64,000 nucleotides of DNA from an uncultured Acidobacteriia bacterium (GCA_903892565.1 CAITIX010000353.1:19245-83244); one strand, 5' to 3'; shown: positions 39,993-48,481, numbered from the stretch's first letter. Notes: a model not told the origin generated them from the sequence alone. Numbers and translations: made by a program.

Positions 39993-41156
39993 CTACTTGG
40001 AGACGCGATTGGTCTTCGGAGCCGTGGGCTTGGCGAATTTTGCGTCCGCCACGGCGACGTTGGCCTGGATTTCGCTGGTTTCGACAATGGCGCGTCCATC
40101 CAGCCAATAGATGGTTCGTTTGAAGGGCATCTTGACGCCGGCCACATCGCGGTAGTCTTCGTAATCGACCTGCGTGGGCGCGAAACCTACAGCAGTGTCC
40201 GCATACCGCAGCGAGCGGCGCAACAGTCCCGTTTCCTCATCGAAGTAAAGATCGACCGGATACTTGCCGTCCACCGTGCCCTGAACCAGCACGACATCGC
40301 GATCGTTGATCGTCGTGGGCAGCAACGTGCGCATATCCTTTACAACCTGCTTGATGCGCGAAGGGAAGAAGAGCTCGCCATCGAGGCGGGCGCCGTCAAT
40401 CGCACCACCGGTCATATCGGCGACCTGAATGGGACGTTCTGTATCGGGTACGGCGGTCCAACCGGCAGTGCCATTAAAAGTGGTGGTGCTGTCGCCGGAA
40501 CCGCCATGGACGACCAGCGAGTGCTGGTTGGGAGCCTTGCCCCATTGTTCATAGGGCACGCGATCGTCGGCAAAGCCCTGATAAATGCCCTTGGCATAGA
40601 AGGTCTTGATCGTAGCGATCTTGTCGGTGCCACCGATGGCCGCAATGTACTTGTCGATAATCTTATTCGGATCCGTCGCTTTCGGCAGCGCTTTCACCAT
40701 GGCGTCAGGCGTGTCATCGGGCGGAACGGGCCCGTAAAGCTCGGCGATGCTGGGGGTGATTTTGGGTTTCTGGCCGCCGCGATGGCAGGAGTAGCAGGTA
40801 ATTTCGCGACGTCCTCCAAAGTACGTCTTGTTGATGTTGTTGACCATCGCGATCATGCCGCGCGCGCGATTCTTGTGCGCGTTGTCCTCGCCAAACTTGG
40901 CCCAATCGCCCGCGCTTTCCAGAACGTGGCAGTAGAGACAATTTTCAGCGAGCGAGGAGGAAAAGAAACCCATGGTCGCCATGAATTCGTCGACGGGAAT
41001 GCCTTTGAGAACTTTGACGTTCTTAAAAGCTTGTTCGGCCATCAGACCCTTGTTTTGGGTAGGAGCTCCGGGCGGCGTCTGCGCGCACACAAACAGCGTA
41101 TTCAGCAGAAATGCCACAATGAGGAATAGTAAGGATTGCCGTGGTGCAAATTTCAT
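39993..41156 (-). CDS. diheme cytochrome c domain (reaction-centre cytochrome-c-like) fused to a C-terminal domain of unknown function
   Basis: Signal peptide. Two CxxCH motifs (CLYCH, CYSCH) inside the FKNVKVLKG...M..F..SL...C.YCH pattern. A further ~250 aa are beta-rich. Confidence 0.75.
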   Translation of the reverse strand: MKFAPRQSLLFLIVAFLLNTLFVCAQTPPGAPTQNKGLMAEQAFKNVKVLKGIPVDEFMATMGFFSSSLAENCLYCHVLESAGDWAKFGEDNAHKNRARGMIAMVNNINKTYFGGRREITCYSCHRGGQKPKITPSIAELYGPVPPDDTPDAMVKALPKATDPNKIIDKYIAAIGGTDKIATIKTFYAKGIYQGFADDRVPYEQWGKAPNQHSLVVHGGSGDSTTTFNGTAGWTAVPDTERPIQVADMTGGAIDGARLDGELFFPSRIKQVVKDMRTLLPTTINDRDVVLVQGTVDGKYPVDLYFDEETGLLRRSLRYADTAVGFAPTQVDYEDYRDVAGVKMPFKRTIYWLDGRAIVETSEIQANVAVADAKFAKPTAPKTNRVSK

Positions 41157-41346
41157 ATTGCCTTCTTCCTTTAGTAAATAGAGCGTCCGCCACGAGGATG
41201 TGACATCGTCCCGGCTTCCGCGCCGCGTTAAAAAGTAATAAAAGGATCAGAAGCCCGAAGGGTTACCGAACCTCTCATCAGTATATTCGAAAAAATTGGC
41301 TTAGGTGGCGCAGGGAGTGATACCCAGAGGTGGGTACGACGGATGC

Positions 41347-41386
41347 GGCAAGACAGCTCCGAACCGAGGCAGGGAGCTGTCTTGCC
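41347..41386. repeat. 14-bp perfect inverted repeat (stem-loop) in the intergenic region
   Basis: GGCAAGACAGCTCC (41347-60) pairs with GGAGCTGTCTTGCC (41373-86) around a 12-nt loop. It lies about 55 nt downstream of the 74-aa gene. No U-tract, so the terminator role is unproven. Confidence 0.4.
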
Positions 41387-41439
41387 GGTTACTTTGACCG
41401 CGCGATTGGCCCGCGCCGTTTTGATTTGGGCGCGGCGCT

Positions 41440-41664
41440 TTAGGAGAGGACTCTGACTTTGCCGGCCAACTCCGTGGCCTTGCCTTTATCCATCACGAGA
41501 CCGGCCCCGATCTCAATCCACATCGCGAGCGCTTCGAGATCCGAAGTCATGAGCTCATCCGGCTGTTTCTTGAGATGCGACTTACATTGCCGGCCGATAA
41601 ACGATTCGGCAGCAGGCCCCAGGTATTTTTTGCTCGTAGCGACAACTTTTTCGTAAACCGTCAC
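41440..41664 (-). CDS. hypothetical 74-aa protein, translationally coupled to the HAMP gene
   Basis: The ATG overlaps the stop of the upstream gene by 4 nt (ATGA). Helical, charged composition. No family recognised. Confidence 0.55.
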   Translation of the reverse strand: MTVYEKVVATSKKYLGPAAESFIGRQCKSHLKKQPDELMTSDLEALAMWIEIGAGLVMDKGKATELAGKVRVLS

Positions 41665-42506
41665 TGCGCGCCTCCCGGATTGGCGTGTTCGGCCTCAATG
41701 GCTTCAGCCTCAAGACGGAAGAACTTGACGGCCGTAACCATGCGCGAGAAGGAATCCGCCAGATCGCCAATCTCGTCTTCCGAGAAGCGGCGAACGGCCA
41801 TATCCAAGTTGCCAAGACTGACGTTTTCCGCAACCGATTTTAGATGCTCGACCGGAACGAGGATCGCTTTCGAAAGCTTGTAACTCATTGAAATCCCCAG
41901 CAGGATTGCGATCAGCGAAATGCTGATCGACAACTGAGTGGAGCGCCGGCTGACGCTGTCGATGTTTTCCTGCGAAACCTGACTGGCCTCGCGTCCGGCC
42001 ACTTCTCCGTCTTCGGCGTGATCGTGAAGCTGCTCGGCAGCCAGTTCGTAGGTCGCAGCCGCTGTTTTGGTCGCGTCGCTTGCAGGATCCTTTTCGGCAG
42101 CGGTGACCGTGGCTTCCAAAGCGTGTTTGTAGATCACCACGCCGTCGAGAATCTGTTGAAACTTTTCGCGACGCTCCGGCGTGGGCGCAATCGCGACGGC
42201 TTTCGTGGCCAGCGATTCAATCGCCTGGATTTCGAAATCTGCTTCGTCCAGATACATCTCGCGGGACTTCGCCGCCCCTAACGTCTTGACGCCGTCCAAG
42301 TAGCCGCGGATCCGGCGCTGGGCTTCCAGATTGTGGACTTGAATTTCCAGCCCCATCGCGTTGAGGCGGCCACCAACGCGGGTGGCATCCTGCGCGCTTT
42401 GGCGAAGGCTGGAGACGGCATACATTCCAATTCCGGCAACGCCCCCCAAAAGGAGGAGTACGCCGCAAAAGCCCCAAATCAATTTGTTGCGAATCGTGGG
42501 TTTCAT
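41661..42506 (-). CDS. membrane sensor module: four-helix-bundle (4HB_MCP-like) periplasmic domain, TM and HAMP, with no output domain
   Basis: Inside ORF 41661..42785, with the ATG at 42506. The N-terminal TM is LIWGFCGVLLLLGGVAGIGMYAV and the second TM is ISISLIAILLGISMSY. The HAMP pattern follows (ILVPVEHLKSVAENVSLGNLDMAV...EDEIGDLADSFSRMV). The protein ends about 30 aa after HAMP. Confidence 0.7.
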   Translation of the reverse strand: MKPTIRNKLIWGFCGVLLLLGGVAGIGMYAVSSLRQSAQDATRVGGRLNAMGLEIQVHNLEAQRRIRGYLDGVKTLGAAKSREMYLDEADFEIQAIESLATKAVAIAPTPERREKFQQILDGVVIYKHALEATVTAAEKDPASDATKTAAATYELAAEQLHDHAEDGEVAGREASQVSQENIDSVSRRSTQLSISISLIAILLGISMSYKLSKAILVPVEHLKSVAENVSLGNLDMAVRRFSEDEIGDLADSFSRMVTAVKFFRLEAEAIEAEHANPGGAQ

Positions 42507-42532
42507 AGTTGTAGTTTTCCTAGAGGTAAAGG

Positions 42533-43039
42533 TTAGAGAGGATAGCCCGCTTCTCCCGGTTGTTTTCCGTTGATGCGAATCACGCGAACATTCGGAGCGA
42601 TAGTCGGCAGCGAAGTAACATCGACAATGGCCAGCGCTCCGGATGTGCCAGTGACCATCTTGGCAGCGGCCGGGCCATTTCCAGCGACGTGAAGTTCCAC
42701 TGCTTCTTCCCCACGGAATTCCGCATTGGCGATGTAGCGGCGGTATTCGGCGTCGCTCATGCGGATAATGGCGGAAAGCACACACTTGAACGCCGCGCTT
42801 TGCCCATCGGGGACAACAATCGAGACTGGCTTCTTATCGGGCCAGGAGCGCAGGTCGCCCAGCAGCAGCCGGCGCAACTGCGCGGTGGACAGGGCCTCGG
42901 TTGAATTCGCCTTGTTGACCACAACCGCCAATCCGCCCGAAGCGCATTGTGCGTTAGCTGTGGCGCAGAGGGCAACGGCGAGAAGCGCGCCCTGCAGGCA
43001 CCGTAGCGCGATGCGGTTCTTGTTTTGTAATGTATTCAT
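42533..43039 (-). CDS. small periplasmic PstS/PBP_like_2-type binding-domain protein
   Basis: Signal peptide. VVVNKANSTEALSTAQLRRLLLGDLRSWPD...VSIVVPDGQSA resembles the PBP-like (phosphate-binding-protein family) domain, but the protein is only ~168 aa. Confidence 0.6.
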   Translation of the reverse strand: MNTLQNKNRIALRCLQGALLAVALCATANAQCASGGLAVVVNKANSTEALSTAQLRRLLLGDLRSWPDKKPVSIVVPDGQSAAFKCVLSAIIRMSDAEYRRYIANAEFRGEEAVELHVAGNGPAAAKMVTGTSGALAIVDVTSLPTIAPNVRVIRINGKQPGEAGYPL

Positions 43040-43069
43040 GCAATAGTTCTCCATGTCTGTGTCTCGCTT

Positions 43070-44461
43070 CTAGAACGCGAACGCCATCTGCGCCGTAAAG
43101 CCATTCTGGGCGGGAAGTGGTCCTCGATCGACTCGGTTGTACTGCAGTTTAAAGGCGGCGTACGCCGTGACATCCACTCGCAATCCAACCGACGGGCCTT
43201 GATAACGGCCGTTGAACACGTTGACCGTGTCCGCTAAAGGCGAGTTCACGAACTGATAGCGAAAGTAGGGGCGGTAGATGTGAAACTTGCGCGAGGCCTG
43301 CACATACCAGAGCGGCGTGTCGTAGGTCTTATTCCCATCGGCGGTCTTGCTGCCACCGGCTGCTTTGTTGGTGAGCAACACGCCTTCCGCCAGGAGTTCG
43401 TACGTGCCGTTGTTATAGACAGCATAGGCACTACTGACGCGCTGATCGACACGATACACCCCGGTAGCGGTCGGCGGGTACAGGCGATCGATGAAGTAAG
43501 AACCGCCCACTTGCAAACCCGGCGCCCACTGAGGCTTGATGTAGGCGGCAAAGTTCACGTCTTTGGCGTTGCGATCAGTGACGAAATTTTGTACTTGTGC
43601 GGCGCCTAAATCCGAGCCGCGTCCGTTGCCGATTTCGGCCACCCAATGCAGGTTGAGCGAACCACTGCCGGGCACCAGGCCCGTCGTGGTGATGCCAACC
43701 GAGTGCACCGGAAGAAGTCCGCCGGAGTCTTCGAAGAAGTACATGAACGGACGGCCCGCCGCCGTTTGGAACCACGTCCCATGATGAAACGCCGTGTTGT
43801 AGTAGCCAATCGCGGTGTGATAGCGGCCGCCGCTCGCTTCAAAATAAGGGTTGGCGCGGTATGTCAACTGGTAGCGCTCCATGTCGAGGCCCCATTCGTT
43901 GGTCTGGTCTGTTCCGACGACCAGTTCGGCAACGAAGCTCCATTTTTCAGACAGCTTGGAGCTCATGAAAAGATCGAACTCGCCGGCGCGAAAAACGCTA
44001 TTGTTTACCGGCAAGGGATAGATGAGCGTATTGGACGCAGCGCCCGATCCGAAATCGATATCAAAGAAGCCACGGATTTTTAGGGCCGGTCCACCACCCG
44101 GCAGCTGCACCATATGATCGTGGCCACCCGAATCCATGCTGCCGGAATCCATGCTGCCGGAATCCATGCTGGAGGATTCCGCGGGAGCCGGGGTCTGCGC
44201 GGCCGCTGCTGCTTCGGGCTTGGCCGCGTCGGACGCATCCTTTGCGGCCGGCTCCGCCGCAGCCCGCAGTACTGGGGGTGCGGTCTGCTGCGCGTTGACG
44301 AAGGGCTCGGCCACGCAAAAGACCAGTGCGGCGGTCGCGAACGTCATCGCGGATTTCAACATCGCGGATTTCAATACTGTGGATTTCAACTTCGGCAAAG
44401 CGAACCTCGTGGATTGTGAATTCGTTGGCTTCATCTTGATTTGATTTTTGTGCGGCACCAT
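43070..44461 (-). CDS. outer-membrane beta-barrel porin (phosphate-selective-porin-like)
   Basis: C-terminal ...QMAFAF ending in Phe, alternating beta-strand pattern, and a signal sequence. The start is uncertain (44506, 44461 or 44434). Contains two in-frame 15-nt tandem repeats. Confidence 0.7.
   Translation of the reverse strand: MVPHKNQIKMKPTNSQSTRFALPKLKSTVLKSAMLKSAMTFATAALVFCVAEPFVNAQQTAPPVLRAAAEPAAKDASDAAKPEAAAAAQTPAPAESSSMDSGSMDSGSMDSGGHDHMVQLPGGGPALKIRGFFDIDFGSGAASNTLIYPLPVNNSVFRAGEFDLFMSSKLSEKWSFVAELVVGTDQTNEWGLDMERYQLTYRANPYFEASGGRYHTAIGYYNTAFHHGTWFQTAAGRPFMYFFEDSGGLLPVHSVGITTTGLVPGSGSLNLHWVAEIGNGRGSDLGAAQVQNFVTDRNAKDVNFAAYIKPQWAPGLQVGGSYFIDRLYPPTATGVYRVDQRVSSAYAVYNNGTYELLAEGVLLTNKAAGGSKTADGNKTYDTPLWYVQASRKFHIYRPYFRYQFVNSPLADTVNVFNGRYQGPSVGLRVDVTAYAAFKLQYNRVDRGPLPAQNGFTAQMAFAF
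44130..44174. repeat. 15-nt tandem repeat x3 inside the porin gene (encodes SMDSG x3)
   Basis: GAATCCATGCTGCCG occurs twice exactly. A third copy diverges in its last 3 nt. Confidence 0.9.
44346..44390. repeat. 15-nt tandem repeat x3 inside the porin 5' end (encodes LKSxx x3)
   Basis: ATCGCGGATTTCAAC / ATCGCGGATTTCAAT / ACTGTGGATTTCAAC. Confidence 0.9.
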
Positions 44462-44574
44462 AGCGCTCCTACTAGAGAAGTGCGATGGCGGCGATTCTCT
44501 CTTCAACCAAATGCGAGAGGATTTTACCGATTTCTCAAAACCGGGGCGTGGACGGACGTTTCATTTCGGGATTC

Positions 44575-46473
44575 TTAGAAGAGTTCGACGTTATCACCCA
44601 GATCCGATGAACCGGCCGCGACCAAAACGGCGTCGGCGGAGGATTCCGCGCGCTCGGCTTCGCCCAGGCAGCCGTCGTGCACCATGCGTTCGGCGTGCAT
44701 GGTGTATTGGCCCTTGAGAGCGCGAAGATCGTCGGAATGCAACTCATGAGCGTCGAGTGTTTCACAAAGTTCTTGGGCCAGGGCCGCCACCTGAGCGGCG
44801 GAAACCTCGATCTCGGGCAAAACCTCATCGCACATGCGCTGGAAGTTGACCGTCTGCATCTGCGCCGCGGTTTGGCGCGCGTTGTCGACGAATTCGCCGA
44901 CCTTTTGAAACGCGTTCAGCGTGGCATCGCGGAAATTGTGGAGCCCCTGACTTTCGTCGCCTCCGAACAGCGCGGCCATGCGGAAGCTTTCGCCGACGAT
45001 GTTCCCAAATCCGTCGAGGGTCTCCCGGACGTCGCCTGCCAGCGTACGAACCTCTTGATCGGCGCCGGCACAGATGCGCGAAACATCCTGCGAGGTCTCC
45101 GCCATGCGTTCGGCCAGCACTTCGAGTCCGGTGCCCGCGCCGTAGCGTGCGGCGGCCAACTGAAAGTTCAACGCGAGCCGGTGCATCTGTTCACTGGTGG
45201 CGGCGATATCCTGACTGAGGCTCGAGACAACGGCCTTGAGCGGCTGCAGCGGCTCCGAGCAGGCACGCGCCGCATCGGCGGCCTCGTTCACCAACTGGCA
45301 GGTTTCTTCAATGCTATCGAGCAGAATTTGAACCGTGCCATGGACGCTTGCGCTGGCCTGGCCATACTCCCGCATCATGATGCAGTCTTCATCGAAGCGA
45401 CGGACTCCGTTGACCACTCCATCGACGTTGGCAAGCAAGGCCAGCGATGCCATTCTCAACTGTTCGCGAGCGGATTGAATCTGCGCGGTTTCCAGAGAGG
45501 CGATCGCAGCGATATTCGCCAAGCCCTGCCGGCTGTCCGCTACCGTGCCTTCTTCGAGCTGAGCAAACTTTTGGCTGAGTACTTCGAGGCCTTTGTTGGC
45601 GTGCGCCAAGCGTTGCACCACGGTGTCGTGTGTTTGCATGGAAACGACCATGGTTCCCACTTCCTGACTCAACCCGCCGGTGGCATCGAGCAAACCCGTT
45701 TGCAGGCGGCAACTCTGGGCTACATTCGCGTCCATTTGGTTGAACGAAGCGGCAAGAGCGGCACGTTTTCTTTCGACGCGATCGGCCAGCGCGTTGCCGC
45801 GGCGAGCATATTCATCCGCGAAGCCGGCGAGCGCTTTGCGAAGCTTACGCAGCTCCGCAAACTTCTCGCTGAACTGCGTCTGCAACGCATTTTGCAGAGC
45901 TTCGATCTCTTCATCCATCGAGCCGAAGATCTCGTTCGTCAGGCGTGCGGATTCGACGTGAAACGACGCTCTCAAGTGCACCAGCGGTTTGAGCGCGGCG
46001 AACAGTTCTTCCTCCGCCCGAAGAATGCGCGCGATCGTTGCCTGAATGCGCTCCGCGTTGTTGCGAAGTCCGGCGGCGTCAAACGCGAAATCCGAAACAA
46101 ACGCCAACGGGCGATCGAGTAATTCACGGACCGCTTGAATGGCGCTGTTCCCTTCGTCACCGGCCGCGACGGACAACAGACTTTGCCCATGGTGAACCAC
46201 ATGATCACAGTTGGCCGCCAGGCGTTGCAACCCTTCTCCAAACTTGAGAAACTCCTTTTCCGCACGCGATGTTTCTGGCCCCAAGCGCTTGCGAGCCCGC
46301 CGCAGGCGAGCCAGCGCCTTTGCGCATAAAGCACGCAGATAGAAACCCGCGGGAAGACGTTCGACGATCCGCACGTGTCGGGAGGCACGTCCGACAAGCC
46401 GCATGCCTCGCCTGAGGATGCGGAGCCCGATGGGTGGCGTTAGCTCAGGCACAGACGACTTCGGCATGTTCAT
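44575..46473 (-). CDS. soluble long coiled-coil protein with a degenerate MCP-signalling-domain-like hairpin tip
   Basis: 632 aa, no TM, helical heptad-like composition. IAATSEQMHRLALNFQLAAARYGAGTGLEVLAERMAETSQDV aligns by eye to the MCP tip consensus [40 protein letters not shown]. The longer antisense-free frame supports the minus strand. Confidence 0.65.
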   Translation of the reverse strand: MNMPKSSVPELTPPIGLRILRRGMRLVGRASRHVRIVERLPAGFYLRALCAKALARLRRARKRLGPETSRAEKEFLKFGEGLQRLAANCDHVVHHGQSLLSVAAGDEGNSAIQAVRELLDRPLAFVSDFAFDAAGLRNNAERIQATIARILRAEEELFAALKPLVHLRASFHVESARLTNEIFGSMDEEIEALQNALQTQFSEKFAELRKLRKALAGFADEYARRGNALADRVERKRAALAASFNQMDANVAQSCRLQTGLLDATGGLSQEVGTMVVSMQTHDTVVQRLAHANKGLEVLSQKFAQLEEGTVADSRQGLANIAAIASLETAQIQSAREQLRMASLALLANVDGVVNGVRRFDEDCIMMREYGQASASVHGTVQILLDSIEETCQLVNEAADAARACSEPLQPLKAVVSSLSQDIAATSEQMHRLALNFQLAAARYGAGTGLEVLAERMAETSQDVSRICAGADQEVRTLAGDVRETLDGFGNIVGESFRMAALFGGDESQGLHNFRDATLNAFQKVGEFVDNARQTAAQMQTVNFQRMCDEVLPEIEVSAAQVAALAQELCETLDAHELHSDDLRALKGQYTMHAERMVHDGCLGEAERAESSADAVLVAAGSSDLGDNVELF

Positions 46474-46765
46474 TCATCCGCGTGAATCGCAGCAGGCGAT
46501 CCAAATTCTTGTCCTGAATCAGAATCTTGGCTTTTGCGTCTCTCTCCTTCGCCAACTTGAGAATCTGCACGATAAAATTCAGGCCCATGGCGTCGATCAT
46601 TTTGGTACCTGTCAAGTCGAGTTCCAGTGTGCGCCAGGAAGACTGCTGGACTTGGGGATCCTTCTGAAGGGCATGCAGTTTGTCAAACAAATCGCGGACG
46701 CCAGTGCTGAGGACGTCTTGCCGAATGGCGACGTAAAGAACGTCGTGCTGGATTCTATGTTCCAT
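46445..46765 (-). CDS. STAS-domain protein (anti-sigma-factor-antagonist fold)
   Basis: The ATG at 46765 lies 2 nt after the stop of the upstream REC-PP2C-kinase gene. LELDLTGTKMIDAMGLNFIVQIL matches the STAS core, but Ala replaces the phosphorylatable Ser. Confidence 0.7.
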   Translation of the reverse strand: MEHRIQHDVLYVAIRQDVLSTGVRDLFDKLHALQKDPQVQQSSWRTLELDLTGTKMIDAMGLNFIVQILKLAKERDAKAKILIQDKNLDRLLRFTRMNEHAEVVCA

Positions 46766-46767
46766 CG

Positions 46768-48240
46768 CTAACGGGAACTCCCTTCTGGATTCGTATCGGC
46801 CAAGTTCACGTCGAAATCGATCCACATTTCCGCGCCATGGCGTATTATTTGAACTTGCCGTGCAAGTGCATCAATCAACTGGAGTCCGCGATGGACGGTC
46901 CCGAGGTTCTCAGCGGGCCTGGCTACGTAGAGCGGCTTTTCGTAACCGGAGCCCGGATCGTTCACGATCAGCCGCAGGCTGCGCGCGTCCGGATCATACG
47001 CGGCTTGAAGATGGGCGGATTGTTCCGCCTTGCAGCCGCGCTCCAGTGCATTGAGTATGGCCTCGCGAGCGACCAGGAGAATATCGAACAAGCCCTCATC
47101 GGAAATATCGGGGATGGCGAGCTTGAGACTGCGCCGCCATAATTCCTGCCAGGTGTCGATATCCTGCTGTTCTTCCTTCGCAAATTTTGCAAGGAGCAGC
47201 GGCCTCAGACCGACCAGTGGCTCCATTGGATTGACCAGGTTGATGGCGACGGCCATGATATCGTCGTTGGCAGATTCGGCCCATGCGGGGCGCGGCTTCC
47301 CGTTGGCGAGAGCGGATTGAAGCACAAAGCAAATCGAGAGCGGATCTACACCGAGCCGCTTGGCGAGATCATCTAATCCATCCGTCCATAGACGAATCGA
47401 GCTGCCGGGTTGCCAGCGATAGGATGCACGCCGGGTTGCCGGTCCCGGGAACCACCCTAGCGGACAAGAAGGACTGCTGAGGCCAATCGAAAATCCGTCG
47501 GCGTTGGTCAGAATGGGCAGGGGATTCCCATTCACGGCGACAATCAAGTTCCGCAGGCGGCTGTCAATCCACAACGCCGTGACCGCAATCGAAGCCGGAA
47601 CGGTATGGGTCTTTTCGTTTTGCCCGTTCCATTCTTCAAGCAGCACGTGGTTGAAGAACTCCAGAATTTCTTCGAGCTTCGCGCCGCGACGCAACATGCC
47701 ACGGATGAGCCCCTGGAAATACGCCGATAAAAAGGCCGCGTTCAGATCGTGGCCGGAGACATCGGCAGCCAACAACAGCATTTCCGTCTCCGATGCGGGA
47801 CACATGACCAGAAAATCCCCGCCGGCCTGATGGAGCGGATAGTGGACGATGCGCACGCCTTCTTTTTCGCGCCCGCGGCTGCTTTGCAGCATCGTTTGAT
47901 GCGAACTGGCGATGGCACGAACGTCGCCTTCCAAGCGAGCCTGATTCCGAATTCTCCTGCAGCGCTTGACGGCATGTTCCACGACACGAACAAGATCGGC
48001 GGCTGTGGTTGGTTTATCGAGAAAGCGGCATGCGCCCGCGGACCAGGCCTGCTCGACAACCTTCTTATCCCCACGGGCCGTGACGAGCACGGTGCTTGCG
48101 GCGGCATTGCAATTGGTGATCCAGCGGATGAGTTCAATCCCATCCAGGTCGGGCATAAGGTAATCGACGGTGACACAGTCGAAGGGGCCTTGCGTTGTGA
48201 AGACAAGTTGGGCCGATGTGCCGTTGCTCGCCGTTGTCAC
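46768..48240 (-). CDS. REC - PP2C phosphatase - RsbW/SpoIIAB-like kinase (HATPase_c) fusion, HsbR-like; the true start is upstream of 48240
   Basis: Receiver motif DCVTVDYLMPDLDG...VLVTA...DKP. PP2C motifs GGDFLV, ADVSGHD, WTDGL, NDDIM. Kinase N-box REAILNALERG, G1 NDPGSGY, G2 HRGLQLI. The minimal ORF starts at GTG 48240, but receiver strand beta-1 is encoded in frame further upstream (see findings). Confidence 0.8.
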   Translation of the reverse strand: MTTASNGTSAQLVFTTQGPFDCVTVDYLMPDLDGIELIRWITNCNAAASTVLVTARGDKKVVEQAWSAGACRFLDKPTTAADLVRVVEHAVKRCRRIRNQARLEGDVRAIASSHQTMLQSSRGREKEGVRIVHYPLHQAGGDFLVMCPASETEMLLLAADVSGHDLNAAFLSAYFQGLIRGMLRRGAKLEEILEFFNHVLLEEWNGQNEKTHTVPASIAVTALWIDSRLRNLIVAVNGNPLPILTNADGFSIGLSSPSCPLGWFPGPATRRASYRWQPGSSIRLWTDGLDDLAKRLGVDPLSICFVLQSALANGKPRPAWAESANDDIMAVAINLVNPMEPLVGLRPLLLAKFAKEEQQDIDTWQELWRRSLKLAIPDISDEGLFDILLVAREAILNALERGCKAEQSAHLQAAYDPDARSLRLIVNDPGSGYEKPLYVARPAENLGTVHRGLQLIDALARQVQIIRHGAEMWIDFDVNLADTNPEGSSR

Positions 48241-48481
48241 GTAGCATCCGTATTTTTCCAGAACGGCTTGAAAGAGCTTGCGAAAGACTGGATCGTCGTC
48301 GACGACCAGAACGCGCGGCGGTTCGCCCCAATCCGGTACAGAAGCCGCGGCAGGAATCTTCGAAATGGCTTCTGCGATAAGAATAAGTGCAAGCCTCCAT
48401 TCCCTTCTCGGTTTCGCACGCTCTTTCTTTTAATCTTTGGAGGCTGGTCGCCCGATAAGGGCACCAGGGAGGAAAACGTTT

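Noticed and set aside
44130-44390. CRISPR-like appearance of short tandem repeats
   Set aside because: The repeats are contiguous 15-mers without spacers, in frame within a coding sequence. They are a coding microsatellite, not a CRISPR array.
44677-46122. 481-aa ORF on the plus strand opposite the MCP-like gene
   Set aside because: It is shorter than the minus-strand frame (632 aa) and its composition is Arg/His/Gly-rich. The minus frame has coiled-coil composition, the MCP-tip-like segment, and operon continuity with the STAS gene.
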